A stretch of 64,000 nucleotides of DNA from an uncultured bacterium (GCA_963801165.1 CAWDDT010000007.1:160001-224000); one strand, 5' to 3'. Positions 30,951 through 42,258 are shown, counted from the first letter of the stretch. The notes: generated from the letters alone by a model not told the origin. Numbers and translations: made by a program.

Positions 30951-32579
30951 ATGACGGGCGTGTCTCCGGAGGGCAATCGATTCGGCCGCGACGCATTGAT
31001 CTATTGGATCGTGGCGGCATCGTCGGTCGGCTTCGCACTTTCCTGGTTGGTAGCTCTGGTCATAGGTCGTGTTCCACTCGACTACCTAGGGGATGAGGCA
31101 GCCCGGCTCCTGTTCTCGTACGAGGTCTCTACTCCCCGGTCGCTGGCTTCCTATCTGCTGTCGTCTGAGGCGTGGACGCAAATCCATCCCCCAGGCGATG
31201 CGGCCTTCAAGGGGCTGTTGAACTGGGTCGCACGAGTAGTTATCGATTCACCGGCAGGCTTCATCGAGGTGCACCGGGTAGCCGGGTGGCTGTGTGTCAT
31301 CGCGGGCCTTCTGCTGATCGTTGTCGGTGTCTGGCGGCGTTTCGGTATCAGGGCGGCCATCGTGTTCGGGGCACTTGCGGTGACCTCAACACCGATCATC
31401 AATATTGCACACCACGCTTTCGGCGAGAACTTGGCGACGTTGCTGGTAGGTCTTGCGGTGTTTCGAGTTCTCACTCATCCGATCATGAGGCCGCGGGACG
31501 CGATTCTCGGTGCCTTACCGGTGGCAGCAGCATCGGTGGTGCGACCCGAGGCAGCAGTGGTGTTTGCCGGGCTTGCCCTTGTTCCTCTGCTGGAGCGAAA
31601 GTGGTGGTCTGCTTTCGCGTTTGCCGTCGTCAGTGTTGCCCCCGTAATGCTGATCACGGCTCTCATTGAGTTGACGTCAAACGCGGAGTCCTACGTATCG
31701 ATCAGGCGTTTCTCACGAGTGCCGTTTTTCGATGTCGTGATTGATGAACGTATGCGCGAGATCATCTGGGGAATGGGCGTATTTCCCTTTCTTGGCGTTG
31801 CGGTTCTGCTGCTCGCCGCGTACACACTGGTGCGCCGGTCGCTGACTCTCGGGGTGTTGCTGACCGCCGGGTGGTTGATGTCGGCAGTGCTCTTCACTTC
31901 TGAGATAGCCGTAGGAGCGATTCACCGACAGGAACGGGCCTACGTATTCCCAGCGCTATTTGGCCTGTTGGCTCTGGCCGCTCTCGGATCTGATTGGCTC
32001 GGCCGCGTCGGGCGGGTGTCCTCAGCGTTGCTCGGGTTGATTTTGCTCGTGTTGATTGGGATCAATGCACATGGAGTTTGGTTTCAGACGTATCGGTCAT
32101 GGCAGGCTCGCGTTCCCCAGGAGTCGGTTGAGGTCTCCGCTTGGCTCGACGAGCGCTCATCTCCCGATGACGCCATTCTGCTCGATTGGATGTGGTGGCA
32201 AGAATGGCGCGCCGCTGTATACGCCAGCGCACCGGGGGTACCCGGCCCGTACTGCCTCTACTACAGATGCCTAACCGATCCCGAGCCCGAACTCGTAGCC
32301 GACCTGCCTCAACCTGATACCGACATAGCACGACAGCGGCTGATGCTGGCGGCATCGTTCCTCCGTGAGGAGAAGCCCGGCTATATAGTCATGTTCTCTG
32401 ACGCGCGGTACGACGACTGGCTCGCCAAGGGACCTGGCCAGGACTATCTCTTCTCATTTGTTCGGCCGCTGTTGCTGGCTGATGGCGACTGTTTTCGTAC
32501 CCTCGATGTACTTGGCAGAGAGCGCTATTGCCCTGTGCTCGAGAACGGCTCGTATGTGATTCTGGGTCTATCCGAGTGA
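30951..32579 (+). CDS. Polytopic membrane protein, probable GT-C fold glycosyltransferase (ArnT/PMT-like)
   Basis: About 11-12 hydrophobic segments, DE after TM1, HPP motif, RPE and ER.Y motifs and a soluble C-terminal domain. TAGCCT lies 7 nt before the ATG. Confidence 0.6.
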   Translation: MTGVSPEGNRFGRDALIYWIVAASSVGFALSWLVALVIGRVPLDYLGDEAARLLFSYEVSTPRSLASYLLSSEAWTQIHPPGDAAFKGLLNWVARVVIDSPAGFIEVHRVAGWLCVIAGLLLIVVGVWRRFGIRAAIVFGALAVTSTPIINIAHHAFGENLATLLVGLAVFRVLTHPIMRPRDAILGALPVAAASVVRPEAAVVFAGLALVPLLERKWWSAFAFAVVSVAPVMLITALIELTSNAESYVSIRRFSRVPFFDVVIDERMREIIWGMGVFPFLGVAVLLLAAYTLVRRSLTLGVLLTAGWLMSAVLFTSEIAVGAIHRQERAYVFPALFGLLALAALGSDWLGRVGRVSSALLGLILLVLIGINAHGVWFQTYRSWQARVPQESVEVSAWLDERSSPDDAILLDWMWWQEWRAAVYASAPGVPGPYCLYYRCLTDPEPELVADLPQPDTDIARQRLMLAASFLREEKPGYIVMFSDARYDDWLAKGPGQDYLFSFVRPLLLADGDCFRTLDVLGRERYCPVLENGSYVILGLSE

Positions 32580-32697
32580 ATCGCGATCGGCCGACGCGAG
32601 CAGCACGTTTCTCCCTTCCCTTCAATTCCGCCTAAGTCGAACGAGCTGATTCAGGCTAGGTGCGAGCAAATGGCGAAGATGGTGAGACCAGGTGGCT

Positions 32698-33486
32698 CTA
32701 CCCCGGTTGACAGGTTTCGCACCACCAGATCTTCCGGTCGGCCATCTCGGTACTGGAGATGGGACCGCCGCACTTCCGGCAGGGGTACCGGTCCCTCTGG
32801 TACACGTAGAGACCGTCCGTCTCGTCTCGTCCCCGCGGCCGCGGCACGGTGACGATCTTCCCCTCTCGCACACCACGTTCCAGCAAGGCCACGCTGGTGC
32901 GCCACAGCTCATCAACCTTGGCACGCGAAACCTCGTTGGCGGGTGTCCTCGGGTTGATGGCCGTTAGGAAGAGAGCTTCGGCCCGATAGATGTTGCCGAT
33001 ACCGGCCATCACGCTCTGGTCGATGACCGCGGCTCCGATGGGAATGGTTCGGCGGGATAGGTTGGCCGCTAGTTCGTCCGCATTGTTGCCAGGCGAGCCT
33101 GCTTTGAGCGGGTCGGGTCCGAGCCGGCTTCTGATCTCCGCCTCCCTCGAAGGATCGATCAGCTCGCACGTGGTCGGCCCCGCGAGGTAGATCGTCGCCC
33201 CTCCGGCAGCCAGGGTGAGCCGGGTGTTTGGTGTCGGCGGCGGCGGGTCACCGGTGAAGGCGCGGAACTTGCCGTACAGCCCGAGGTGCACGTGCAGAGA
33301 CTCCGCTCGCTCCCAGCGGTAGAAGAGGTGCTTGCCGTGGACCTCGACGTCGAGCAGCTTGCGGCCGTTGATCCGGGCCGCTCCCTTGCTGAAGCGCCCC
33401 TGCGGAGACGTCGCGGCAACCGTACGGCCGGCGAGCATATCGCGATGATGCGCGGCATATCTCGATATGGCGTGACCTTCAGGCAT
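32698..33486 (-). CDS. nei: Fpg/Nei-family DNA glycosylase/AP lyase
   Basis: N-terminal MPEGH, GKHL, HLGLYG, H2TH segment DQSVMAGIGNIYRAEAL and C-terminal zinc finger CRKC...CETC. Confidence 0.92.
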   Translation of the reverse strand: MPEGHAISRYAAHHRDMLAGRTVAATSPQGRFSKGAARINGRKLLDVEVHGKHLFYRWERAESLHVHLGLYGKFRAFTGDPPPPTPNTRLTLAAGGATIYLAGPTTCELIDPSREAEIRSRLGPDPLKAGSPGNNADELAANLSRRTIPIGAAVIDQSVMAGIGNIYRAEALFLTAINPRTPANEVSRAKVDELWRTSVALLERGVREGKIVTVPRPRGRDETDGLYVYQRDRYPCRKCGGPISSTEMADRKIWWCETCQPG

Positions 33487-33509
33487 GGCCGGGATAGTGT
33501 CCCACGGAT

Positions 33510-36269
33510 CTAGCCGAACAGATCCTCGTACGGCACGCGATCGAAGAGTTCCAGCTTGCCGCCCGGCGTTGCGTTGACGATTCGCCTCCCATCGGCCTCA
33601 TACATCAGCTTGGCAAGCTGGTAGTTCGCAAGGACCCGGTCGAGCTTCGGGTCCTTCCAGACCTTGCCTTTGCCAAAATAGTCGGGGTGGAAATGATTCG
33701 GGTCGTCGCCCATCGATGTAATGAGCGCTCCTTCCACTTTCGCATCGGATGGCACGGTGTAGGAGAAATCCATTCCAATGAGGACAACCTCGGAGAAACC
33801 CATGTAGTAGGCGACCTGGAGATTGATGATCGTTACTGATTGCCCGCTGTACATTCTCTGAGTCGGGTCTGTGGAGAACCGTGGGATGCAGTACGCAGGA
33901 GACGACGGTGCATAGAAACCGCGGTTCATCATGAAATACGTCACGTTGGGTGCTTCCCCGATCTGGTTTCGATAAATCGAGGGAAAGAACTTGTGGCCGG
34001 CCTTGTAGTTCCTTATAGCCTCGACGTTATCGGCCATGACCGCGGTGTCTTCGACGAGGTAGTAGGACAGATCGAACCCCATGCGCTCAGCGGCATAGAA
34101 GATGCCGTTCACCCCGATGGTGTACTCATCCTTCAGCTTGCGGAGATCGACCTCGTTGAGTGACGGCCCGTTGCCGATGATGACGCATCGCTCGCCCTTG
34201 TGCATGTTCTTGAAGCGAGCGATGGCGTCAGGATCAAAAAACGTGTCGGGGTACTCTTCGATTACCCAGCTTTCGTCAGGAGTTGGGTCGGTCAGCCCGG
34301 TCCACGGCCCGAACCTGCCTGTGGCGTCGCCAAGAGAGACTGTGGGATACGTCGGGCCGATGCTGCTGAGCCGTGCGGCCAGCCCCGAAGCGTCTACGGT
34401 GGTGATCTGTCTGCCATAGTCGGGCCGGTCATCGAGCGTCATCACCTCATCACCTGGCAGTCGTAGGTCAACGACCAGCCCGCCCGTCGGTTCGAGCACG
34501 GTCAGTATCTCCTCGATTGCCGCGTCGCGCGGGAAAGACACGACCGTCTGTACGTGTCTGAGACCGTTGAGTATCCACTCGTTGAGTGAGTACTGCGGGT
34601 AGGACGTTCCCGCGACTACGTCGGCTACTCCGGCGGCTCCGGCAACTCGCTCGATGTTGAGGAATGCGACGGAGTGGTCCTCCGGCACCGTTTGGGTGGC
34701 CCGGACCATGGCGTCGGCCTGTGCGGCATTTTGGGGAATGAACAGCGTGTCGAACCCCGGCGCCATGTCCTTGTCGTTTTGAGGACCGCCACGGTCGGGC
34801 TGGGACGCGATCAGTGACCGTACCCATTCACCGAGCGGCTCCAGATCGGGCGCCAGCTCGTCCGCTTCCCGAGGACCGAGGCCGAACGCTCTCCTGAATC
34901 CGGCCTGGATGACCGCATCGAAGCTGAAATGACGCTCCATCCACGGCTCAACGACCGTAGCGGGGTCGGAGAGGATGGCTTTGGCGGCCGCGGTATCGCC
35001 TCTCGCCACAGACGTCGCTGCGTATTGAATCGCCCTGCGAGCTAGAACGAGCTGTTTCTGGTAGTCCGGAAGCGCGAGCGGAAACGCGTGCACGCCAGCG
35101 GTATCCGACAGGGAGCGGTCGCTGGGCTCGTACGCTCTGGCGATCAGTTGCTGTGCCTCACCGACGTGACTCTCCGCACCCGCTTTGGCCATCGAGTGGC
35201 GCTTCTGCCGGTAGACAGCGGTTATCCATCTTGACGGTATGAAGCCGTATCCCTTTCGCATGATGCGGAGCCACAAGTCCCAATCTTCGGCGCCATCGCG
35301 CATCGATTCGTCGAATCCACCGGCCGAACGAACCACGCTTGTCAAGAGGAGGGGCGCGTGGGCATTGAACGGGCATTCCGCGTTGGACGAGACGAAATCA
35401 ACAAACCTTTGGTTCGGCCAATCCTCGTGATCTTGCAGGGAGTCGAGCGCAACGTCCTCCGGCGTCTGCCGAACGCCGCAGAACGCCCCCGCAATGTCTA
35501 TGTCGGCACCGGCGATGGTCTCGAGGCGGTCGATGAGGCTGTCAGCCATGAGTATGTCGTCGGAGTCGAGGAACGTGATGTATCTCCCGCGACCGAGCCT
35601 GAGGCCGGTGTTGCGTGCTGCGCTGAGACCGCCATTCACCTTGTGTCGCACCAGCCGGAACCGGCCATCGATCTTCGTGTAGCGGCGGGCAGCGACCACG
35701 CTGTTGTCGGTAGAGGCATCGTCGACGACGATGCATTCCCAGTCGTCGAACGTCTGACGTCGAAGAGACTCCAGCGTTGCTCCAACAAAGCGAGCCTCGT
35801 TGTAGAGCGGTACGACGACTGTGACGGCGGGTGCCACCCCGCTGATCTCGCCTGTAGTCTCCGCAGGCTGAACAGTCGGCGTGGGAGTCACTCCCGTCGC
35901 TATCGTCCCGCGTACCTGGAGAATCGCGGCCCTGGCCTGGCTCAACCGCTCGACGTGGAGGGCGCTGTCACTCAGTCCGATCAAAGGGCCGGACGAGCCA
36001 GCTCTGATCATCCGCTGACCCTGTTTTGCGAGCTTCTTGTGGTTGCGTTGGAGTCTGCTGATTAGCGTGTGATGATCGGTTTGGCGCAGGCTGATCAGAG
36101 TCACGAGCGTGGAGAGCAGGCCGACTCCAGCGACCCCGGCGACCTGAGAGACAGTCCCCGAGCTGAGGATCGAGACGATGGCTGTCGCTACTCCTAAGGC
36201 TATTAGCAACCCGCGTAGCGAGAGCAGGTGAAGGGCCGTGGAACGGAGACGGCTGAATATGTATGACAT
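33510..36269 (-). CDS. Membrane-anchored GT2 glycosyltransferase fused to a C-terminal DUF115/Maf (sialyltransferase-like) domain
   Basis: Two TM helices; VVVPLYN, VDDASTD, GLSAARN, FLDSDD and EDWDLWLR motifs; C-terminal HKGERCVIIGNGPSLN...IGVN...AYYMGFSEVVLIGMD...NHFHPDYF. Start uncertain. Confidence 0.85.
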   Translation of the reverse strand: MSYIFSRLRSTALHLLSLRGLLIALGVATAIVSILSSGTVSQVAGVAGVGLLSTLVTLISLRQTDHHTLISRLQRNHKKLAKQGQRMIRAGSSGPLIGLSDSALHVERLSQARAAILQVRGTIATGVTPTPTVQPAETTGEISGVAPAVTVVVPLYNEARFVGATLESLRRQTFDDWECIVVDDASTDNSVVAARRYTKIDGRFRLVRHKVNGGLSAARNTGLRLGRGRYITFLDSDDILMADSLIDRLETIAGADIDIAGAFCGVRQTPEDVALDSLQDHEDWPNQRFVDFVSSNAECPFNAHAPLLLTSVVRSAGGFDESMRDGAEDWDLWLRIMRKGYGFIPSRWITAVYRQKRHSMAKAGAESHVGEAQQLIARAYEPSDRSLSDTAGVHAFPLALPDYQKQLVLARRAIQYAATSVARGDTAAAKAILSDPATVVEPWMERHFSFDAVIQAGFRRAFGLGPREADELAPDLEPLGEWVRSLIASQPDRGGPQNDKDMAPGFDTLFIPQNAAQADAMVRATQTVPEDHSVAFLNIERVAGAAGVADVVAGTSYPQYSLNEWILNGLRHVQTVVSFPRDAAIEEILTVLEPTGGLVVDLRLPGDEVMTLDDRPDYGRQITTVDASGLAARLSSIGPTYPTVSLGDATGRFGPWTGLTDPTPDESWVIEEYPDTFFDPDAIARFKNMHKGERCVIIGNGPSLNEVDLRKLKDEYTIGVNGIFYAAERMGFDLSYYLVEDTAVMADNVEAIRNYKAGHKFFPSIYRNQIGEAPNVTYFMMNRGFYAPSSPAYCIPRFSTDPTQRMYSGQSVTIINLQVAYYMGFSEVVLIGMDFSYTVPSDAKVEGALITSMGDDPNHFHPDYFGKGKVWKDPKLDRVLANYQLAKLMYEADGRRIVNATPGGKLELFDRVPYEDLFG

Positions 36270-36313
36270 TGCGGATGAGTCTCGCGGCTCGCTTGGCGTC
36301 GGTCGAGTCGAGA

Positions 36314-38064
36314 CTAGTAGCGGGTAAGGGTCTTGACCATTGACCGGATTCCAAGCCGTCGCCGCTGGTTGATGCCCGGTGTCTGGGCGTACAAGTCGGC
36401 AACGCTTATGGGTGTTTCCGGCAGGACATCGAGTGTGTAGACCGCCGGTTCGTCGCGTAGCGCCAGGAATCGCTGTGCCGGCCCCGACGCTGCGGACACG
36501 GTTCGCGGCAAGGCGGCAAGATATCCGGAGGTTGTCTGGCGCCGGAACCAGGCGACGCTCGTTTCGAGACGACGGAGGAATCCCCAATCCTCGACACTCA
36601 CTGCCAGAAACCGTAGCTCGCAGGCAAGCGGGTCGGGATTGCCTGCATCGTCGCGCGCGCCGCAACATTACCGAGTTCCCCCCGTAGCGCGACACGAAAC
36701 GCGCCCGGGGAATCGATCACCAGCTTGTCGAGGACGAACCGCGCCCCCGTCGGGTGCCAGGCGCCCGCGATCTCGACGTCGAGAGGGAGGAAATGCGGAA
36801 GGCCGGCGCGAGGGCTTCCGTTCCAGAACTGGTGGCTGAACCGGGTGCGCTTGTGGAGACTGGTGGGGGTCGGATCGGGTTCCTCGAGGTCGGAACCGAG
36901 GCTGGGAACCTGCGGTCGCGTCAAGAGACCCTCGACGAATCCTGCGAGATAGGCAGTCGCCGAGCCGAGTGCCTTGCCCGCCATCGAACCGAATCCGTCG
37001 CCGTAGATATCGCTGAGCGCCATCGATTGAAGTGGTGCAAGGAAACCCACCTCGGCGAGAACCCTCAACCGGTCAGGTGGTTCGATATGCTTTCTCGCAA
37101 GTAGGGCCCGGGCACGACCTTGGGATTGCAGCAGAACAGCCACTGAGCGGCTACCCCGTCTCCCTTCTATGTCGTGCAGCAGAAGCTCCGACGGCACCAG
37201 GTAATTGTCAAAGCCGGCCGCACCCGCTCGGAGGGCGAAGTCGCTGTCTTCGTATCCAAATGGCGAGAACGCTTCATCGAGCCCTCCAACGGTTTGGACC
37301 AATGCCGCCGGGAAGGCACATGCCCCGCCCGGGGCCGTGTCGATAGGAAACGGAGCGCTTGACCCGTCGACAGCGGCCCGTCGGACAGATGGATCGAGAC
37401 GTAGCTCGGTAGTCTCGTCGATCTGGTGTTGTCGACCGCGACTATTCAGATAGAGGTCGTGGACTGTTCTCGCCATACCCTGGTAGCTGTCGATGTAGTG
37501 GCGTCTCCAGTCACGAATGCCTGCGTGGTAGATGAGGTCCGGTGGCAGGTCCGCCGGCCATGCTCCGCTGATTCTGCGACGAATCGCGTCGGTTGGATCG
37601 GCGTCGCGGAGTCTGCCCGCCTTGACGGTGTCGATCCATGCTGAGTCCCAGATGCGCTCGGCAACTGGCGCGAAGTCCAGAACAGTGGGAATGACGATGC
37701 CGATCTTCTGGCCGGTCGCGAGGCGCTCACGAAGCCATGACGTGACGCGAATCACGAAGTCTGCCGGCACGATCAGGTCGTCATCGAGCGACACGATGAA
37801 TTCGGCACCCCACGCCAACGCCGCGTCCAGGAGTTGGTTCCTGCCTCTTGCCACTCCTAAGTTCTCGCCGGGGGCGAGTAGGTGGGTGAATTGTCTCTCG
37901 CGCAGTTCGTGCTCTAGGTTCTCGTCCCGGAAATCGTTGAGGAGCAGGAATTGGTGGGTATTTGCGTTCAGTTGGCCTTCGACTGTCCCGAGACTGGACC
38001 ACACGGCAGGGAACTCGGCGCTGCGGACCATAGTGATGATGGCAGTGGTGGCGGATAGGTTCAT
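36314..38064 (-). CDS. Divergent GT2 glycosyltransferase; probable frameshift near 36600-36660 linking ORF 36598..38064 to ORF 36314..36601
   Basis: ENLGVARGRN, VSLDDD and GGLDEAFSPFGYEDSDFALR motifs. The C-terminal join is inferred. Confidence 0.65.
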
Positions 38065-38196
38065 CGTGTGGACACGCGATCTTGGAGCGGCATCTGAGAA
38101 TACCTCCTATCCGTGTCGGCGCGCTGGCTGTCGAAGGCAATTGCGAGTGGGTGCCCATTACACTCACGCATTCATCAAGGCAGGAATGTGGCGACA

Positions 38197-38904
38197 ATGA
38201 GGATCATCGGGCTGCTCGAGACCAGGAGTCGGCGGCGTGTGAGTCTGGCGCTTGCGGCTGTCGTGGCCGTGGCGGCCGTGGCACTGGCATGGGTGAGCGC
38301 GCCGGCACGAGCGATTTCGTCTCTGCTCGCTTTCGTCGTTGTTCTCCTTCTCGTCAAAGCGGCAACCGAGTTGGCCTCGGAGCTGCGAAACGCAATGGCC
38401 GAGGTGGAGAGTCAAGCGGCACAGCACGTCGCCCTCAATGGTCGTATAAATGCGATGGACCAGAAGACGCGGGACCAGCTCGGGTGGAATCGCTCGATGG
38501 ACGAACGGATCAATGCGGCCGAGTCGGCCGATGCCAGGCAGGGTGGTTTCAACGCCGCGATTCTGGATCGCGTGCGGAAGGTGGAGACGGCGTCCGGTAA
38601 CCAGGTCCGCACCAATGACCGGATAGTCGAGCGTGTTCGGAAGGTGGAGACGGCGTCCGGTAATCAGACGAGTATCAACGACCGGATCATCGAGCGCATC
38701 CGATCGGTGGAGAAAGCCCGGACCGAGAATGCGGGTCTCTCCAAATCGATGGTGGCAAGAATCGCGAAGCTGGAGGGGCAGGCGGAGGCTCTCGTCAACG
38801 AGTTGGAGGAGTTGAGGTTGTCGCGCAACCACAGAGTCCGCGAGCACCTGGAATTGAAGCTCGGTCCTGCGGTCGAGAGGTTGCGCGCTCAGCTCAAGGA
38901 GTAG
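38197..38904 (+). CDS. Membrane-anchored coiled-coil protein with 21-aa repeats
   Basis: Two TM segments, then heptad-rich sequence with repeats ILDRVRKVETASGNQ / IVERVRKVETASGNQ / IIERIRSVE (63-bp DNA repeat at about 38575 and 38638). Confidence 0.7.
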   Translation: MRIIGLLETRSRRRVSLALAAVVAVAAVALAWVSAPARAISSLLAFVVVLLLVKAATELASELRNAMAEVESQAAQHVALNGRINAMDQKTRDQLGWNRSMDERINAAESADARQGGFNAAILDRVRKVETASGNQVRTNDRIVERVRKVETASGNQTSINDRIIERIRSVEKARTENAGLSKSMVARIAKLEGQAEALVNELEELRLSRNHRVREHLELKLGPAVERLRAQLKE

Positions 38905-38912
38905 ACGCTCTG

Positions 38913-39639
38913 TCAGCTCTTGTTGGGCACGAACGACCCGGGTTCGGGTGGTGCCATCGAATCAAAGGGCGTCTTCTGCCAGATCGCCATCCCCGGCGTA
39001 TACCAGGAGCAGAAGGGGAGGTTTACGAGATTGCCTCCATGATGTGCCAGGATCGTGCGGAGGGCTCCATTCACACGAGATCTTCGTCGTCCTCGCTGAT
39101 CAGGCCGGTGTTGTCGAAGACGATGAGGCCGTCTGGCGCCATGGCGGGTACCACGATCTCGAACTCGGCTACCACGTGATCATGGAAATGGTTGCCGTCG
39201 AGGAACGCCAGCCGGATTGGCTCACCGGACGCAACAATCTCGCGCAGGACTTCATGTGAATCGCCCAGGTGTGGAACGACATGTGCTAGACGCCAGCCAG
39301 GTCGAACCGATCCGCGGCCGTTGCGTAAACCTCGGGGTCTATCTCGATAGTGTGCACGACGGCATCCCGCCCCGAATCGGCAATGGCCTGGGCGATGATG
39401 ATCGCGGTGGACCCGAGGTTGGTACCGGTCTCGACTATGAGATTGTGTCTGCTCGGGTCGAGGCTGGACAGGACGAGGTGATAGATCGTTCCCCAGCCCG
39501 GGTGTCCCAGGCTGCGACCAGACCTCGATACCCAAGTGGCAGCATCTGACGATGACTCCTCGAGGAACGCTAGGAATCGATTCGGGATCAACGATTTGTC
39601 GTAGTTGGTGATCCGGTAGTCATAGATCGGGCTTTTCAT
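38913..39639 (-). pseudogene. Class I SAM methyltransferase (Methyltransf_24-like) with two frameshifts
   Basis: VETGTNLGS...HTIEID (39286..39639), then GDS...AFLDGNH...GLIVFDN (frame of 39071..39535), then VNGAL...NLPFCSWYTPGMAIWQK ending at a stop at 38913. Confidence 0.75.
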
Positions 39640-39744
39640 TCAAGGTCATCCAGTCGTAGGTGGCCCCGAGTGATTCGGAATCGCACGCGACGGCGTGCTG
39701 GCATCATAATCCTTGATGGGGTGCGCGGCGCCACCCTTCGTTTG

Positions 39745-41428
39745 ATGGCGGTGACGGTTCTGAGACCTAGCATCTGGCAGTCCGACGACAACAGGAGCCT
39801 CCCTTTGAATGCCGACAAGCACAGCCCACTTCTCCGCTGGGCGGTCCGATGGACGGCTGTTCTCGGTGGACTGGTCGCGACTCCGCTGCTTGCTTTCCCG
39901 TTTGGAGCCGACGAGCGATTTGCGTTCTACACAGACACGGCACATATCGGCGCGAATCCGATCCGAATCGTCTACTCGGCGATCAAGGAGATACCGTTCT
40001 ACATCGGCCGGGGCAACTTCCGACCGCTCGGGAGAATGCTCGATTACGCAGAGCATTCATTCTCTTTCGAGTTCGCGTCGATCACTGGTGCACCCCTCCC
40101 AGTAATCCATGGTCTATTCCGAGTGGGCATAATCGTGGTCGCCGGACTGGCCGGCCTGGTATCGCTGTACTTGTTGTCAAGGTCTGCTGAGGCGGGCGGC
40201 AGGGAACGATTGCACAGTGTGTTGCTGGCCGCGGTCTGGGTCTACCCAATCCTGTTTGCAGCCTCGGTGGTTGCGGCAGGGGCGGGGAGTCCGTTCACGC
40301 TCTTCCCCTTTCTCTATGTAGGTTCATCGGCTCTCGCGATGTGGGCGGCGATCGTCGTCGCCGAGACGCGAACCTAGTTGCCGGACCACTGACCCGTCCG
40401 GCCGTCGCTGGGTACGTGGCGCTGGGAGCAGCGTTAGCGAGCACGTTCGATCTTGTCTACCTAAGCACTCTGCTGATAGCCGCCCTTGCGTTTGTACGTG
40501 TGAAATTGGCCCGGATACGGTGGAAGGATGTGGTCTCACTTCGTCTGACAAGAGCGGTGTTAGGCACCGCGGTCGGGTTTGTCGTTGTCTTCGTGCCGAC
40601 TCGGCTTCTTATCCAAAATGCCTGTAATGGAGGTGCTTGTTACGCGGCGTCCGATCTGAGCTTCAGCGCCTCCGCTTTCATATTCTGGGAGATCGAATAC
40701 TCTCAGGTTTCCCAGGCAGTGGCTGGGCCGTTGTCGATCGGTGGAGCGGTACCGCAGATCCGGGATGGAGTGCCTTCCTCAAGAACGCCGGGGCAACTGT
40801 GATCATGCTGGTAGCGATCGGCTATGTCGTTTCCACGCTACGATTCCACCGCGCAGGCAAAGCTCGTGTCATCTCGGGGTCCTCGCCGAGTGCTGGAGTC
40901 TCTGACCGACTGCTGTGGTCTATACCGCTTGCATTCACTTGGCCCGTCGCAGCTGTCTTCGTCGGGTCGCTGATCGCCCGCGCTCAGCGCTCAAATGCAG
41001 GCTGGTCGCCTCGCTATCGGTGCGGGTTGGCGGGATTCCGTGTTTGGCGCTCTGGGGTGGGCGATTGGTCTCAGTGTGTTCGTGGGCGCTTTGGTTGCTC
41101 GGCTGGGTCGGCGACCAAGAAGAGAGCCATTCGTCCTGATTGCCTGTCTAATTCTGCTTCTGCCCGCGTTCGGGAAGACCTTCTTCGTGAACGCAACCTA
41201 GCCTCCGCCACGAGTCGGAATCCGGAGGCGATCATCAACAACCGCCTGGCGACTGAAGTCATCGATTTCGATCTGTCGGAACTGGGCAACGAGAGGCGTT
41301 GTGGGCTTCTTGCCGACTTCTCAGCGGTCTATCGTGATCGCGCCCTCGAGCGTGACAAGCAGCTTGCGAACGCGCTCAATCAAGTCAGCCAACAACGCTA
41401 CGGACACGCATTCTGCGATCGCGGCTAG
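39745..41428 (+). pseudogene. Polytopic membrane protein (possible GT-C fold) split by several frameshifts
   Basis: Hydrophobic segments continue across ORFs 39670..40377 (ADE, GNFRPLGR), 40341..40802, 40637..41428 and 40995..41201 (WRD). Confidence 0.55.
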
Positions 41429-41465
41429 GTCGATCGAGCAAATGGGACGAGGTGACCGCCGGCCC

Positions 41466-42188
41466 TCAAGGCCATCTGGTACTACGGACCCAGATTCTGA
41501 GGGTGTCCCAACCAATCCTAATCAATGCCATGATCGAAACGTGCCCCGCCGCGCCGTGTGCCAGGGTCACGGGCGACGTCGACATCGACCCTCCGGCCTT
41601 GTGGATACGGACTAGCAATTCGAGGTCGAAGGCGTAGCCGACTGTCTCCATCGCTTGAAGCGCAGGTTCGAGTGTCTGTCGTCTGAATGCCTTCAGGCCA
41701 GTTTGGGTTTCTCTGATGGGGAGGCGAAACAAGAGACGGTTCACGGCGGCGAACACAATGCTCAACAATCGCCGCAACGCGGGATACCGTCCCCTCTCCA
41801 TGGCAGAGAGCTTGGCCCCAACGAGGACGTCAGCGTTGGATGCTGCGAACGTGTTGAGGAACAAGGGGAGCTGCTCTGGTGGAAGATCCAGGTCGGCGTC
41901 GAGAAATACAATCGTGTCGCCGGTTGTGTGAGCGAAGCCTTCCTTGAGAGCTGCTCCTTTCCCCCGGTTCACGTCATAGCCGACGACTAGGACCGTGTCC
42001 CAATCGGCGGCAGCCTTCTCGGCCTGGGTCCGGGTGTCATCGGTGCTGCCATCGTCGATAACAACAACTTGAGACCCGTTCCACGTATCCACGATCACGG
42101 CAACGCGATCGACATTGGGGCCGATGGCGCTTCCGAGGTTATATGCAGGCATCAGCACGGAGACGCCCGCGATTCCAGATCCGGACAT
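41466..42188 (-). CDS. GT2 polyprenol-phosphate glycosyltransferase (DPM1/ALG5-like)
   Basis: LMPAYN, IDDGSTDDT, NRGKGAALKEG, FLDADL, ETQTGLKAF and GYAFDLELL motifs. Confidence 0.9.
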   Translation of the reverse strand: MSGSGIAGVSVLMPAYNLGSAIGPNVDRVAVIVDTWNGSQVVVIDDGSTDDTRTQAEKAAADWDTVLVVGYDVNRGKGAALKEGFAHTTGDTIVFLDADLDLPPEQLPLFLNTFAASNADVLVGAKLSAMERGRYPALRRLLSIVFAAVNRLLFRLPIRETQTGLKAFRRQTLEPALQAMETVGYAFDLELLVRIHKAGGSMSTSPVTLAHGAAGHVSIMALIRIGWDTLRIWVRSTRWP

Positions 42189-42258
42189 GGGGTTGAGAAT
42201 AGACGGGTCCCCGGGGTTGCACGCTGTTGTGGGTCGCAGGTCCGGTACGTCGATGAGG

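Noticed and set aside
39071-39290. Stop-codon readthrough (Sec/Pyl) in the methyltransferase
   Set aside because: The coding sequence continues in a different frame after each stop, so these are indels rather than in-frame recoding.
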